A stretch of 64,000 nt of DNA from Clostridiales bacterium (GCA_015055905.1 SVHI01000002.1:11869-75868), one strand, 5' to 3'; positions 8,386 to 17,258 are shown, counted from the first letter of the stretch. Made by a program: numbers and translations. Notes: generated by a model not told the origin, from the sequence alone.

Positions 8386-9633
8386 TTAATATTCAAGTCT
8401 GTCAATCTCAACTATAACATTCAGTTTCAAATTACTCAAAAAGTCTTCCCTGTTTTTGTAATACATATTTGTTTGCTTATAATGATGTTTTTGTGCAAGC
8501 AAATATGCACCCCAAATATCCGCTTTCAACTCTTTTGATTTCTCAAAACATTTTGAAACATTTTCTGCAATCTTCTTTTTTAAACCATTTTTTATTTCAC
8601 TAAACTCGGCGTCCGTTGGAGCATCAATAAACTCTTCGCTCTGTATTTCATAGATTGCTGAGTTTTTTATTTTAACCACCAAATCAAGACACGGAATATT
8701 GTTTTCATATCTTATTTTAAGTTTGTTTGTCTTATCTTTAATCTTCACTCCCACGCGTTTGGCGTTAAAGACCGATTTATCAAAATCTTCGGCATAAACA
8801 TCATCGATTGTGGCTTTTTTATTTGCAAGCATATAGCCCAAAACCTCGTCTTTTTCGAGTTTACCAACATATCTTCCGTCAACAAAACAACCAAGTTCAG
8901 TTTGCGCTTTAAAATATTGATATTTTGACCCTCCGCCTTGTTCTCCGCCGTCTTCTGTTCCAGATTCACCGCTTGAGCCAGACGAACTTGAAGAGCCGCC
9001 ACCTGTAGGGTTATCTTCACTCTGCTCATCGTTCTTTTCTAATGCCAACAAACTAACAACGCTTGTTCCGGAGGATTCTTTTGAATCTTTCATAAACTCC
9101 AAAACTGAGTTCATAACGCCATCACCCTCTTTTTCTCGATACATAAAAACTTTCTGCAACCCAATGGCTATTGATAATTCAACATCTTTAGTTTTTTTGA
9201 TTTCATTGCTCGCTTTTTCTTCTGCAACGAGCAACAACATACTATCATTTGTGATATTGTCTCTCATAAAATAATCAAGCGTTTGGGTTAAGTCTTCCTC
9301 CAAAACATCTTTGCCAATAATTATAAAGTTTGTGTGTGAAAATGCAGAGGTTTTTCCAGTTTTGTAAGACAGTTTTGAAATCGCACCAATAACAGTTTCG
9401 TCATTATCCGACACAAAGTTAACAGTCGCCTTTTCGCCGCCAGATTCTGTGCTTGGTGAGGTTTTTACAATCTGCGCAGTAACCTCATATTTATCATCAA
9501 CCTTATCTATCGCAAGCCCTGTTACAATCGCTCTCATATTGAGCCTTGCCTGTGTAGAAAGACTCGACGGGAAAGCAAAAATTGCAACAAGCAAAATAAT
9601 TAAACCAATTCTTTTTTTGAAAAAATCTTTCAC
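8386..9633 (-). CDS. Ger(x)C-family spore germination protein (germinant receptor C subunit)
   Basis: 415 aa. It is the third gene of an A-B-C operon with 4-nt overlaps. It has NMRAIVTGLAIDK near the N-terminus and a C-terminal ADIWGAYLLAQKHHYKQ...LNVIVEIDR region typical of GerAC-like proteins. Confidence 0.75.
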   Translation of the reverse strand: MKDFFKKRIGLIILLVAIFAFPSSLSTQARLNMRAIVTGLAIDKVDDKYEVTAQIVKTSPSTESGGEKATVNFVSDNDETVIGAISKLSYKTGKTSAFSHTNFIIIGKDVLEEDLTQTLDYFMRDNITNDSMLLLVAEEKASNEIKKTKDVELSIAIGLQKVFMYREKEGDGVMNSVLEFMKDSKESSGTSVVSLLALEKNDEQSEDNPTGGGSSSSSGSSGESGTEDGGEQGGGSKYQYFKAQTELGCFVDGRYVGKLEKDEVLGYMLANKKATIDDVYAEDFDKSVFNAKRVGVKIKDKTNKLKIRYENNIPCLDLVVKIKNSAIYEIQSEEFIDAPTDAEFSEIKNGLKKKIAENVSKCFEKSKELKADIWGAYLLAQKHHYKQTNMYYKNREDFLSNLKLNVIVEIDRLEY

Positions 9634-10730
9634 TTTAACCTCCTGCGTTCAGGAGTATTTATCCCCTTGTTTTGTCTGTTTATAGAACCCGCAACAATAA
9701 GTAATATGATGGGCAAAACCACCTGCACAGCAACCGAAAACCAACTCATATCACCAGCAAAAAAGTTAAGCTTTGCCGCCATATCAACAAAATAGAACAC
9801 ATCAAAAATATAGAGCAATAAGATAATCAAAATTTTGATTGAAAAAGGCTTAATTTTTGGAAACATCGATTCTGCGCAAAGACAAGAATAATATAAATAA
9901 ACCGAACAAGTAAGCACCGCTCCAATCTCAGCAAACAATATCAAAAACCAATCAATTCGCCCAACATTAAGCCCTAAAAGTGCCTGGCTTGAAAGCACAC
10001 TAATAAGCCCTGACTGCGCCGCAGAATAGTCGCCATACATACCAAAAAACTCTATAACCACAAAAGAAACAAAGCACATTGTGAGAACATAAAACAGAAT
10101 TGTTTTTGATAGTTTGATTTCTTTGCTTTTTAGTCCAAGAATCAAAACCAAAATAGCATCTCCAAACCAGAAACTGAAATTAGGCAATGCTTTTAAAATC
10201 TTTCCAAATTCAATACTTTCAAATGGAAGCACTACTGAAAAGTCTGTGTATCCTGCACCCAAGATGGAAATAATAACCGCCGAGCCAAGAATAACCCAAA
10301 AATAAATTTCATAGTTAAGTGCGATATTTTCAATACCTCTATATGCCAAAAAGAAAACTGCAAATAAAAGCAAAAGACTGAACAGTGCCCACGAAAGGTT
10401 GTCAAAAAGCGTGTTTGCAAAAAGCCCTTGAATATGTTCATAAAGCAAAAGAGCTTGGGTTAAAAAATAAACAGCCGCTACAATCATTATAATTTTTCTA
10501 AACCCACACAAAGTTACGCTCTTGGCTGGACTTAAAATTTGAGTGAGTTTAACTTTTTTCAAAATATAAAAAACCAAAACAATAAAGAGCAAATTAATCA
10601 GCATATAAAACAAAAATAAAAGGTATCCATCTTTGCCAAGTTCACCATAAACCAAACTTGGCAATTTTTGCATTTTCATTGAAAACACACCAATCACTAA
10701 CATTATATAAAATTGTCTCGCACTCATCAC
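9630..10730 (-). CDS. GerAB-family spore germination protein (APC-superfamily-like integral membrane subunit)
   Basis: 366 aa with about 10 hydrophobic segments. It is translationally coupled to both neighbours (ATGA-type overlaps at 10727-10730 and 9630-9633). Confidence 0.8.
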   Translation of the reverse strand: MMSARQFYIMLVIGVFSMKMQKLPSLVYGELGKDGYLLFLFYMLINLLFIVLVFYILKKVKLTQILSPAKSVTLCGFRKIIMIVAAVYFLTQALLLYEHIQGLFANTLFDNLSWALFSLLLLFAVFFLAYRGIENIALNYEIYFWVILGSAVIISILGAGYTDFSVVLPFESIEFGKILKALPNFSFWFGDAILVLILGLKSKEIKLSKTILFYVLTMCFVSFVVIEFFGMYGDYSAAQSGLISVLSSQALLGLNVGRIDWFLILFAEIGAVLTCSVYLYYSCLCAESMFPKIKPFSIKILIILLLYIFDVFYFVDMAAKLNFFAGDMSWFSVAVQVVLPIILLIVAGSINRQNKGINTPERRRLK

Positions 10731-12193
10731 TTGCCACCTCTGTCAGTTCTTTGCCTAATTTTGTTCTTATCTGCTAAAAATGTCGGTCTTCTCTTTAAGT
10801 CTTGAATACTGTGTTTTATAAACCCATCATTTTTATCTAATCTAACCGACGGAGCATAAGGTGAAAGATATGGAACACCAAAACTTTTTATTGAAACAAT
10901 GTAGGCAACCAAAATCATAAACGAGCAGATGATTCCATATAAACCAATAACGCCGCCCGCGATTGTGAACAAGATTCTAAGCAGTCTCGTTTGGGCAATT
11001 TCGTCTGGAATGCTATATAGCGCCACGCTTGATGTCGCCACAACCACTATTGATGGCGGCGAGATAATCCCCGCATCAACAGCCGTGTTTCCAAGAGCCA
11101 ACGCGCCAATAATTGAAAGCGCCATACCCATACTGTTTGGCATTTGCAAACTCGCCTCGGTTATCACTTCAAACAAAAACAACACTATCAAAATTTCTAT
11201 TAGCGGCGGAATCGATAAACTCTCAATGCTAGAAAGCAATGTTATTAAAAAATTGATTGGCAAAATTCGATAGTTGTAACTTTGAAGAGCAACATAGATG
11301 GCAGGAGCCAAAACTGCATAAATGAGTTCAAATAGTCTCATCACTCTTGCGAAGCTTGCCATCGCAGGAATTGTGTAATAATCTTGACTGCTTTGCAAAT
11401 CTTCAAAAAACACAAACGGAACCGTTAACGCCACGGGCGAGCCGTCAACAATCAATCCAACTCTACCCTCCAAAATTTTCGCGCAAAAAATATCTGGTTT
11501 TTCCGTGTTGCCAACTCTTCTAAAAAATTTAACTTTGTTATCTTCCAAAAAAGATTCAATATAATACGAATCAATAATCGCATCAATGTTTATGGTTTCA
11601 AGTTTTTGTTTAACAGCCTCAACAATATCTGGTCTCGCTATATCCTTTAAATAAAAAAGCGACACTCTTGAATGAGTTTGTTTTCCAATAAAAACATCTT
11701 CAATTTGCAGATTTGGTGTTTTGAGTCTTTTTCTAACAAGCCCAACATTTGTGCCAATATCTTCAACAAAACCCTCTCTTGGTCCTTTAACAACCCTTGA
11801 TGTTGGTGGCTCTTCAATCCCTCTCTTTTGCGCACCAAAAACAGGAATTAATATTGCCTCTTCGTCTAATACAACGCACACTTTGCCATCTAAAATTCCA
11901 ACCACAGCATCTTCTACGCTGTTTGCATCTTCAATAGAAGAAACCGCAAAAACCTCTTGTTTCAACAACTCTAGTGATATTTTCACTGTATTTTCCGTTG
12001 TTTTTGCGTTATTTTTTGCTTGTTTTTGCAACGGCTCCAAAACACCCGATGAAACAAGTTTTTTATCAATCAAACTTTCAATATAAAAAACACTTACGCT
12101 GTTTTCGCCCAATACAAATTCTTGATTCTCAACCTTAGAGTGTTTCCCAAAAACTCTCTTTATATTCTCACTTAGACCCTTTTTATTTTTCAT
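10727..12193 (-). CDS. GerAA-family spore germination protein (germinant receptor A subunit)
   Basis: 488 aa. It has the conserved GerA core VVKGPREGFVEDIGTNVGLVRKRLKTPNL and a C-terminal membrane domain. Confidence 0.9.
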   Translation of the reverse strand: MKNKKGLSENIKRVFGKHSKVENQEFVLGENSVSVFYIESLIDKKLVSSGVLEPLQKQAKNNAKTTENTVKISLELLKQEVFAVSSIEDANSVEDAVVGILDGKVCVVLDEEAILIPVFGAQKRGIEEPPTSRVVKGPREGFVEDIGTNVGLVRKRLKTPNLQIEDVFIGKQTHSRVSLFYLKDIARPDIVEAVKQKLETINIDAIIDSYYIESFLEDNKVKFFRRVGNTEKPDIFCAKILEGRVGLIVDGSPVALTVPFVFFEDLQSSQDYYTIPAMASFARVMRLFELIYAVLAPAIYVALQSYNYRILPINFLITLLSSIESLSIPPLIEILIVLFLFEVITEASLQMPNSMGMALSIIGALALGNTAVDAGIISPPSIVVVATSSVALYSIPDEIAQTRLLRILFTIAGGVIGLYGIICSFMILVAYIVSIKSFGVPYLSPYAPSVRLDKNDGFIKHSIQDLKRRPTFLADKNKIRQRTDRGGK

Positions 12194-12278
12194 AAAACAA
12201 TCCTCTAAACTAGTATTGTTTTAAGGCTCTATTTTTATTTATTTTTGCAAAATAAAAAAGCCAGGCTGTCCTGACTTT

Positions 12279-12950
12279 TTATAAGTGAAATTTTCTGCTC
12301 GCTTGAGTTTTTATTGTTTTGCCAGCAAATACCAAGTATGCAAGACAAATTATTGCTTGAACAATAATGTTGATTTGATTGATTATTTTATATTCATCAA
12401 CATCAAAAATTAGCAAAAGTGTTGATGCAATGATTAATAAAAAATCAACCCTAAAGAAACCAAAAATGATTTCTTTTCTATTTTTGCTACAAAAGATTAC
12501 AAACATCATAACCACCGCAGCAAGCATCGCCAGTCCCGGAAAAACAAAGTTGGTAAACCAATGAGCGTTTCCAAAAAACCTTTCCGTTGCAAACAACAAT
12601 GCGCCAAGGGATAAAATTTGCATCAACATTTTCTTAAATGGTGTGCTTCTGCTCATAATTGTGTGGGCAACCAAAACCCATAAATATATTATCGAAAACC
12701 CAACAATAGCAGACCACGGAGCAGTTTTTGTTTGAATATTAATATAGATGCAAATGGTTAAAATAATCACACTAATCATTAAAAACACTTTTGCAACTAG
12801 CATCTTTTTTTTGCTAACTACAGGCTTTGCCTCTGTGTTGAACATATCAAGGTCTGTTTTTGCAGTTTTTTCTTCAAGCGACCCATAACATAATGGGCAA
12901 TAATTTTTGGAGGTGTCAACATCAACACCACAAAGGTTGCAATGTTTCAT
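12279..12950 (-). CDS. multi-pass membrane protein with an N-terminal zinc ribbon
   Basis: 223 aa. CNLCGVDVDTSKNYCPLC (CxxC...CxxC) is followed by about 5-6 hydrophobic segments. The start overlaps the upstream stop (TAATG at 12950). Confidence 0.65.
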   Translation of the reverse strand: MKHCNLCGVDVDTSKNYCPLCYGSLEEKTAKTDLDMFNTEAKPVVSKKKMLVAKVFLMISVIILTICIYINIQTKTAPWSAIVGFSIIYLWVLVAHTIMSRSTPFKKMLMQILSLGALLFATERFFGNAHWFTNFVFPGLAMLAAVVMMFVIFCSKNRKEIIFGFFRVDFLLIIASTLLLIFDVDEYKIINQINIIVQAIICLAYLVFAGKTIKTQASRKFHL

Positions 12951-14224
12951 TATTTCTTCGCCTCCTGATAATTACTTTGAACAACAACATCAATCCCCTT
13001 TTCTTCAAGAGTTTTGAAAAATACTTTTTCTGTCACCGTTTCCACGTGTTTTCTTGAAAACGCCATATAAAGTTTATTGCCAAACCCTGTAAGTGAAAGA
13101 TTTTTTTGTGTGGTTTTTGACGCCTGAAGAATAAAGTGTATTTTTTCAATATGCTCAGCCATTCCTGAAGGAATTTCAACCTGACCAATATTACTGAGGT
13201 TGGTTGATTCTTGGTTTGTTCCCCTAACCTTATATGCGATTTTTAGAGCAAGGCTTTTTATAACCCTTGGAACAAACTTCATTAACCAATTTTTTTCAAT
13301 ATTAGTGTTGGTTTTAATTTGTGCATCAATCTGCTCTGTTGTTGTTTTTTCTTTTAATTGCTTTGCGCATAGTTCAATAATTTCATCAAACGAAAGTTCT
13401 TTTGAAAAATCGTGATAGATTCTAACAACAAGAGTAAAGTTTCTCTTGGTTCTACTTGGGTGTTGCTTTCTAATATTGATAGGAATTGAAATTGCGATTG
13501 TTTTGTTCTTTTTGTTTTTATGCTCAATGTAACCTTTATATAAAGCATACATATATACACCACAAAGGTATCCTGTTATTGTTGTGTTATATTTCTTTGC
13601 TTCAGATTTAACTTTTTTTGTGTCACACTCAGCGCAAATCAAACCAGTTCCAAAAACCTTAAAAGGTGTCCCAGATACCTTATGTGCCTTTGTTTCTGCA
13701 ATTTTTTTGATTTTGAGTGATGTGTCAACCTGCATAAATTTGTCAGCTGACTCATCGGTCATTGTTGGAACATCGAGCGGTTTCACAATTCCTTCGTTAT
13801 CAATCTTATATCCTTTGTTTACCAAGTATCTATAAACAACTTGTTTTAAAAAATATAGTCCACCAGTTCCGTCAGTAAGTGCGTGAAAATAGACAATACT
13901 TATTCTATTGTTGTAAACATAAACCTTAAATAAATAATTATCGCCATATCTATAATCAATATATTCCATAAGGTCGGCTGGCTCATCAAGAACAACTGGT
14001 TCTTTTGTGTTTTCTTCTAGATAATACCAAAATAACCCTTTCTTAAGTCTAACCCTAAAAGTGTCCTCGCTCTTTATAACTTGGCTAAGGCTTTTTTGCA
14101 AAATCTCTTTATCAACCTTTTCTTTTAAGGTTGCAGACATACAAAAAGTGTTAGGACTATTCTTGTCGCTAACTGGAGGAAATATCATTGCAGCATTGTC
14201 TAATCTATACCAATATTTACTCAT
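12950..14224 (-). CDS. condensation-domain-like / alcohol acetyltransferase-like HxxxD acyltransferase
   Basis: 424 aa. The N-terminus YWYRLDNAAMIFPPV and the catalytic-type motif FHALTDGTGG (HxxxDG) resemble the uncharacterised NRPS-condensation-like family common in Firmicutes. This is recalled from memory. Confidence 0.6.
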   Translation of the reverse strand: MSKYWYRLDNAAMIFPPVSDKNSPNTFCMSATLKEKVDKEILQKSLSQVIKSEDTFRVRLKKGLFWYYLEENTKEPVVLDEPADLMEYIDYRYGDNYLFKVYVYNNRISIVYFHALTDGTGGLYFLKQVVYRYLVNKGYKIDNEGIVKPLDVPTMTDESADKFMQVDTSLKIKKIAETKAHKVSGTPFKVFGTGLICAECDTKKVKSEAKKYNTTITGYLCGVYMYALYKGYIEHKNKKNKTIAISIPINIRKQHPSRTKRNFTLVVRIYHDFSKELSFDEIIELCAKQLKEKTTTEQIDAQIKTNTNIEKNWLMKFVPRVIKSLALKIAYKVRGTNQESTNLSNIGQVEIPSGMAEHIEKIHFILQASKTTQKNLSLTGFGNKLYMAFSRKHVETVTEKVFFKTLEEKGIDVVVQSNYQEAKK

Positions 14225-14393
14225 ATTATAGTTCTATATTATAATAAAATCTTGACTTTGTCACTCAAATTTATAATAGATTTTGTTATAGTTTGGTTAT
14301 TATAAAGAAAAACTCTTGTGTTGAAATTTAAATTTGACACTAAATTCAAAACTTTTTCAACCATATTATGCAATTAGAAGATATTTTGCCCAC

Positions 14394-14419
14394 AAAAAAA
14401 CCAACCTTGTGGGTTGGTT
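14394..14419 (-). terminator. intrinsic terminator ending the actin-like operon
   Basis: The minus strand reads aaccaacc-cacaa-ggttggtt followed by TTTTTTT, 8 nt after the stop at 14427. Confidence 0.75.
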
Positions 14420-14426
14420 CTTGTAT

Positions 14427-15254
14427 TTATTTCTTTAATAATTCCATCAAATAATCTCTTCCTTGAGACTTGCTTGGACCGCCGCCATTTCCGCCACCCA
14501 TAAGCATCTCTGCTGGACTTGGTGGAGCAGCCTCCATTTGCTCTGGCTCTGGAACTGGTTCAACAGGAGCACTTGCAACTTTTGTCTCTACCATAGGATT
14601 TTGTCTCTTTGGCTCAGCTTTAATTTTTGATTGTGGAGCTGAACGAGTTTTCATTGCTTGGTCGCTTTGAACGCCAGGCTCAAGTTTAACAGGTTTATTT
14701 GTTGGAGCATAACCTGGGAATGTTGGAGCGTGCTTTTGCATTGGTCGAGGTTGTTGGAAGTTTGGAACACCAAGACCAGACATAACAGGTTGTGCTTGAG
14801 CATAAGTTGGTTGAGCAGGCATTGGTCTGCCTGGTTGAACCATTGCATTTGGCATTGGCATCATTGGAGATGCACCTGTCATTGGCGCGTTATACATCAT
14901 TTGACCAATCATTACGCTTGGGTCAACTGCTGTATTCACCATTCCGTATCCATTCATCATTGGACCATATTGTGCACCGGTTCTTGGAATGTAAAGCATA
15001 ATATTAATGCCTCTTTCTTGAAGAACTTGTGTTGCAAGTCCAGCGAAGTTTGATTCAAGTTTTGCAATTTCGTTTGTTAGCCCGAATTTCATCACATCTT
15101 GGCAAGGATATGACTGAACTCGGAAGCTTAGATTTCTATAAGCATCAATTAGTGAATTGATTCCATTAATGACTTCACCATTAACACCAGCGGTAACCAT
15201 TGGCTGTGAAGCGATAAGGTTTCTCAAACCTTGGTCTAATTCATTGATTGTCAT
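14427..15254 (-). CDS. hypothetical protein: about 95 aa folded N-terminal part plus a long Met/Pro/Gln/Ala-rich low-complexity region and a short C-terminal peptide
   Basis: 275 aa. GGGGCGGG Shine-Dalgarno. 19 nt downstream of the actin-like gene. The low-complexity region includes PMMNGYGM...MMPMPNAMVQPGRPMPAQPTYAQAQPVM. It ends in GRDYLMELLKK. Confidence 0.7.
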   Translation of the reverse strand: MTINELDQGLRNLIASQPMVTAGVNGEVINGINSLIDAYRNLSFRVQSYPCQDVMKFGLTNEIAKLESNFAGLATQVLQERGINIMLYIPRTGAQYGPMMNGYGMVNTAVDPSVMIGQMMYNAPMTGASPMMPMPNAMVQPGRPMPAQPTYAQAQPVMSGLGVPNFQQPRPMQKHAPTFPGYAPTNKPVKLEPGVQSDQAMKTRSAPQSKIKAEPKRQNPMVETKVASAPVEPVPEPEQMEAAPPSPAEMLMGGGNGGGPSKSQGRDYLMELLKK

Positions 15255-15273
15255 TATCCCGCCCCTTTATTTA

Positions 15274-16353
15274 TTAATAATTTCCGAGCAACCAGAAACC
15301 TCTACAGTTAGCCATAACAGCGTTGTTTTGGATAACAAGACGAGGGTCGTTGAAGAATTCTCTCAAATACTTTTCATAAAGGAGAGAACCACCACCAGTA
15401 AGAATAATCTTGTAGAATTTGTTAAATTCAAGACCAAGACCCATAACTTCTTGATATACACGTTTAGCTTGGTTCTTACTGTGTTTTTCAACGTATGCTG
15501 AAAGGTCATATTGACCGAATGGAGTTTCTACAACTGGAGACTCAAGCAAACTTAAGTCAAGTTCGTGTGGTGAAAGCGAGAAGATGCTTGCTTCAGGAAC
15601 GTTGCTGTTAACATCTTCTTGCAAATCTGAAATATAGTCAGATGTTCCAATATCAAAGCTGAATGTTGAACGAACACGAGCTGTTTCCAAAATTGCGATA
15701 TCAGTTGTTCCCCAACCGATGTCGATAACGATTGCTCTTTGGTCAAGAAGCTTTTCGTTAAGAGCATCAGCTTCTGGGTCATAAACATAATCATACATTG
15801 TGCCGAGAGGTTGTGGAACTACAATAACTTCTCTAATTTCAAATGTGATTGGTTTAACATCTTCCCAAGTTACAGATTTTACTTCGTGAACACCTGTAAG
15901 CATTTGTTTGATTTGAGCAATGATTTTTTGGTTCTTTGCCAAACTGCTTGGAACACCAGTAACAACTCTCAAAACTTCGTGGTTTGAAAGGTTTGGAAGT
16001 TCTTTCAAGCAAGATGCGATACCAATGAGGGCTTCAATTTTATATTGTTCAGAACCATATCTTGAAATACCTCTACCACCGCTACCTGCAGCAGAAACAA
16101 CACCAACTTCATAAACTGCCTTGTCATAAACATACATTTGATAGTCTGTTTTGAATGAGTAAACAAGACCAGCGTCGTTGATTTGTCTGATTGTATTAAC
16201 ATATTTTAAGTTTAATTCATCTGTCCAAATCTTAAGTGTTGAGTTTGCAACATCAAGACCAATAATTCTTGTGTAGTCTCCTTGAGGTTGAACAGGCATT
16301 GTTGGTTGTTCCTCACCAACTACTTCGTTTTCCATTACATCGAATTCTGACAT
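15274..16353 (-). CDS. actin-like ATPase of the ParM/StbA (Alp) type
   Basis: Start set at the ATG at 16351-16353 (MSEFDVMENE), with GGAAG upstream. Actin-fold motifs are phosphate-1 IIGLDVANSTLK, phosphate-2 VIDIGWGTTDIAIL and adenosine ILTGGGSLL. Confidence 0.8.
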   Translation of the reverse strand: MSEFDVMENEVVGEEQPTMPVQPQGDYTRIIGLDVANSTLKIWTDELNLKYVNTIRQINDAGLVYSFKTDYQMYVYDKAVYEVGVVSAAGSGGRGISRYGSEQYKIEALIGIASCLKELPNLSNHEVLRVVTGVPSSLAKNQKIIAQIKQMLTGVHEVKSVTWEDVKPITFEIREVIVVPQPLGTMYDYVYDPEADALNEKLLDQRAIVIDIGWGTTDIAILETARVRSTFSFDIGTSDYISDLQEDVNSNVPEASIFSLSPHELDLSLLESPVVETPFGQYDLSAYVEKHSKNQAKRVYQEVMGLGLEFNKFYKIILTGGGSLLYEKYLREFFNDPRLVIQNNAVMANCRGFWLLGNY

Positions 16354-16486
16354 AGTTCTACTTCCTTTTTCTTTTATTAATTTAGATGCTGTCACTTATG
16401 ATAGCATTTTACTAATTATCATTTTAATATATATCCAAAAATAAATCAAATAAAAATAGTTAAAAAATAAAATTAAATTGTTTTTT

Positions 16487-17182
16487 TTAATTTTGTGATA
16501 ACAAGATTGAAGATATTGTTTCCTTTTTAACAACAGAGCTGTCTTCTTTGTAGAAAATAATCAAGTTATCACCGTCAATATTGCACACCAAATCTCTTCT
16601 AATATTGAGGGTTTCTTCAAACAAAACCTTTAATATTGAACCATCTTGACGATAGATTGCTATTGTGTTGATATATTTTTTATTTACAGTTTCACCTTCT
16701 GGCACAACCCTATCATTTAAAACTTCAACATAATTGAGCAAGAAATATTTTTGTTCAATAACTTTATATTGGTTGATATAGTTGAAATTAATTGTAACTT
16801 CGTTAACTGAGCCATCTGGTTGCAAATTACAAAAACTTGCTTGACCTTGTGTTTCTTGGTCTTTATTGATTCCAAGAACCAAGAAATTTTTTGGCGAAAC
16901 TCTCTTAATTGAAATATCAAGGTTATTTGACAAACTTATAAGGTTGTAACCAACCTTTTTTTCATCATTAAAAAGAATTATTTTAATGTAAAATTCATCA
17001 AATAAGTTTTCCATTGCAAAAAGAACGTTGAAATCAAGATATGCATATATATCGGAAATATATTTTCTATTTAATTTTGTATTTTCGACATATTTTCCAT
17101 CAACAACATCAAATGAGGTATCTTCAACGGTTTCTTGAACTTTGAATTTAATTTCTTTTTTCTCAATAAATATTTTTGACAT
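16487..17182 (-). CDS. hypothetical protein (231 aa), first gene of the actin-like operon
   Basis: AAGGTG Shine-Dalgarno. No TM segment and no recognised motif. Same strand, 133 nt upstream of the actin-like gene. Confidence 0.6.
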   Translation of the reverse strand: MSKIFIEKKEIKFKVQETVEDTSFDVVDGKYVENTKLNRKYISDIYAYLDFNVLFAMENLFDEFYIKIILFNDEKKVGYNLISLSNNLDISIKRVSPKNFLVLGINKDQETQGQASFCNLQPDGSVNEVTINFNYINQYKVIEQKYFLLNYVEVLNDRVVPEGETVNKKYINTIAIYRQDGSILKVLFEETLNIRRDLVCNIDGDNLIIFYKEDSSVVKKETISSILLSQN

Positions 17183-17223
17183 ATTTTCACCTTATTTTTC
17201 TTATATTGTTATTATATTATAGC

Positions 17224-17258
17224 AAAAAAAGAGTGTCAAATAATTAAACACTCTTTTT
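17224..17258. terminator. intrinsic terminator after dut (bidirectional shape)
   Basis: aaaaaaagagtgt-caaataattaa-acactcttttt. The stem agagtgt/acactct is flanked by A- and T-runs. Confidence 0.65.

Noticed and set aside
14368-14454. A small 28 aa plus-strand ORF (MQLEDILPTKKPTLWVGSCIYFFNNSIK) in the intergenic region.
   Set aside because: It has no Shine-Dalgarno, it runs through the terminator hairpin of the actin-like operon and into the neighbouring gene on the opposite strand, and it has no supporting features.
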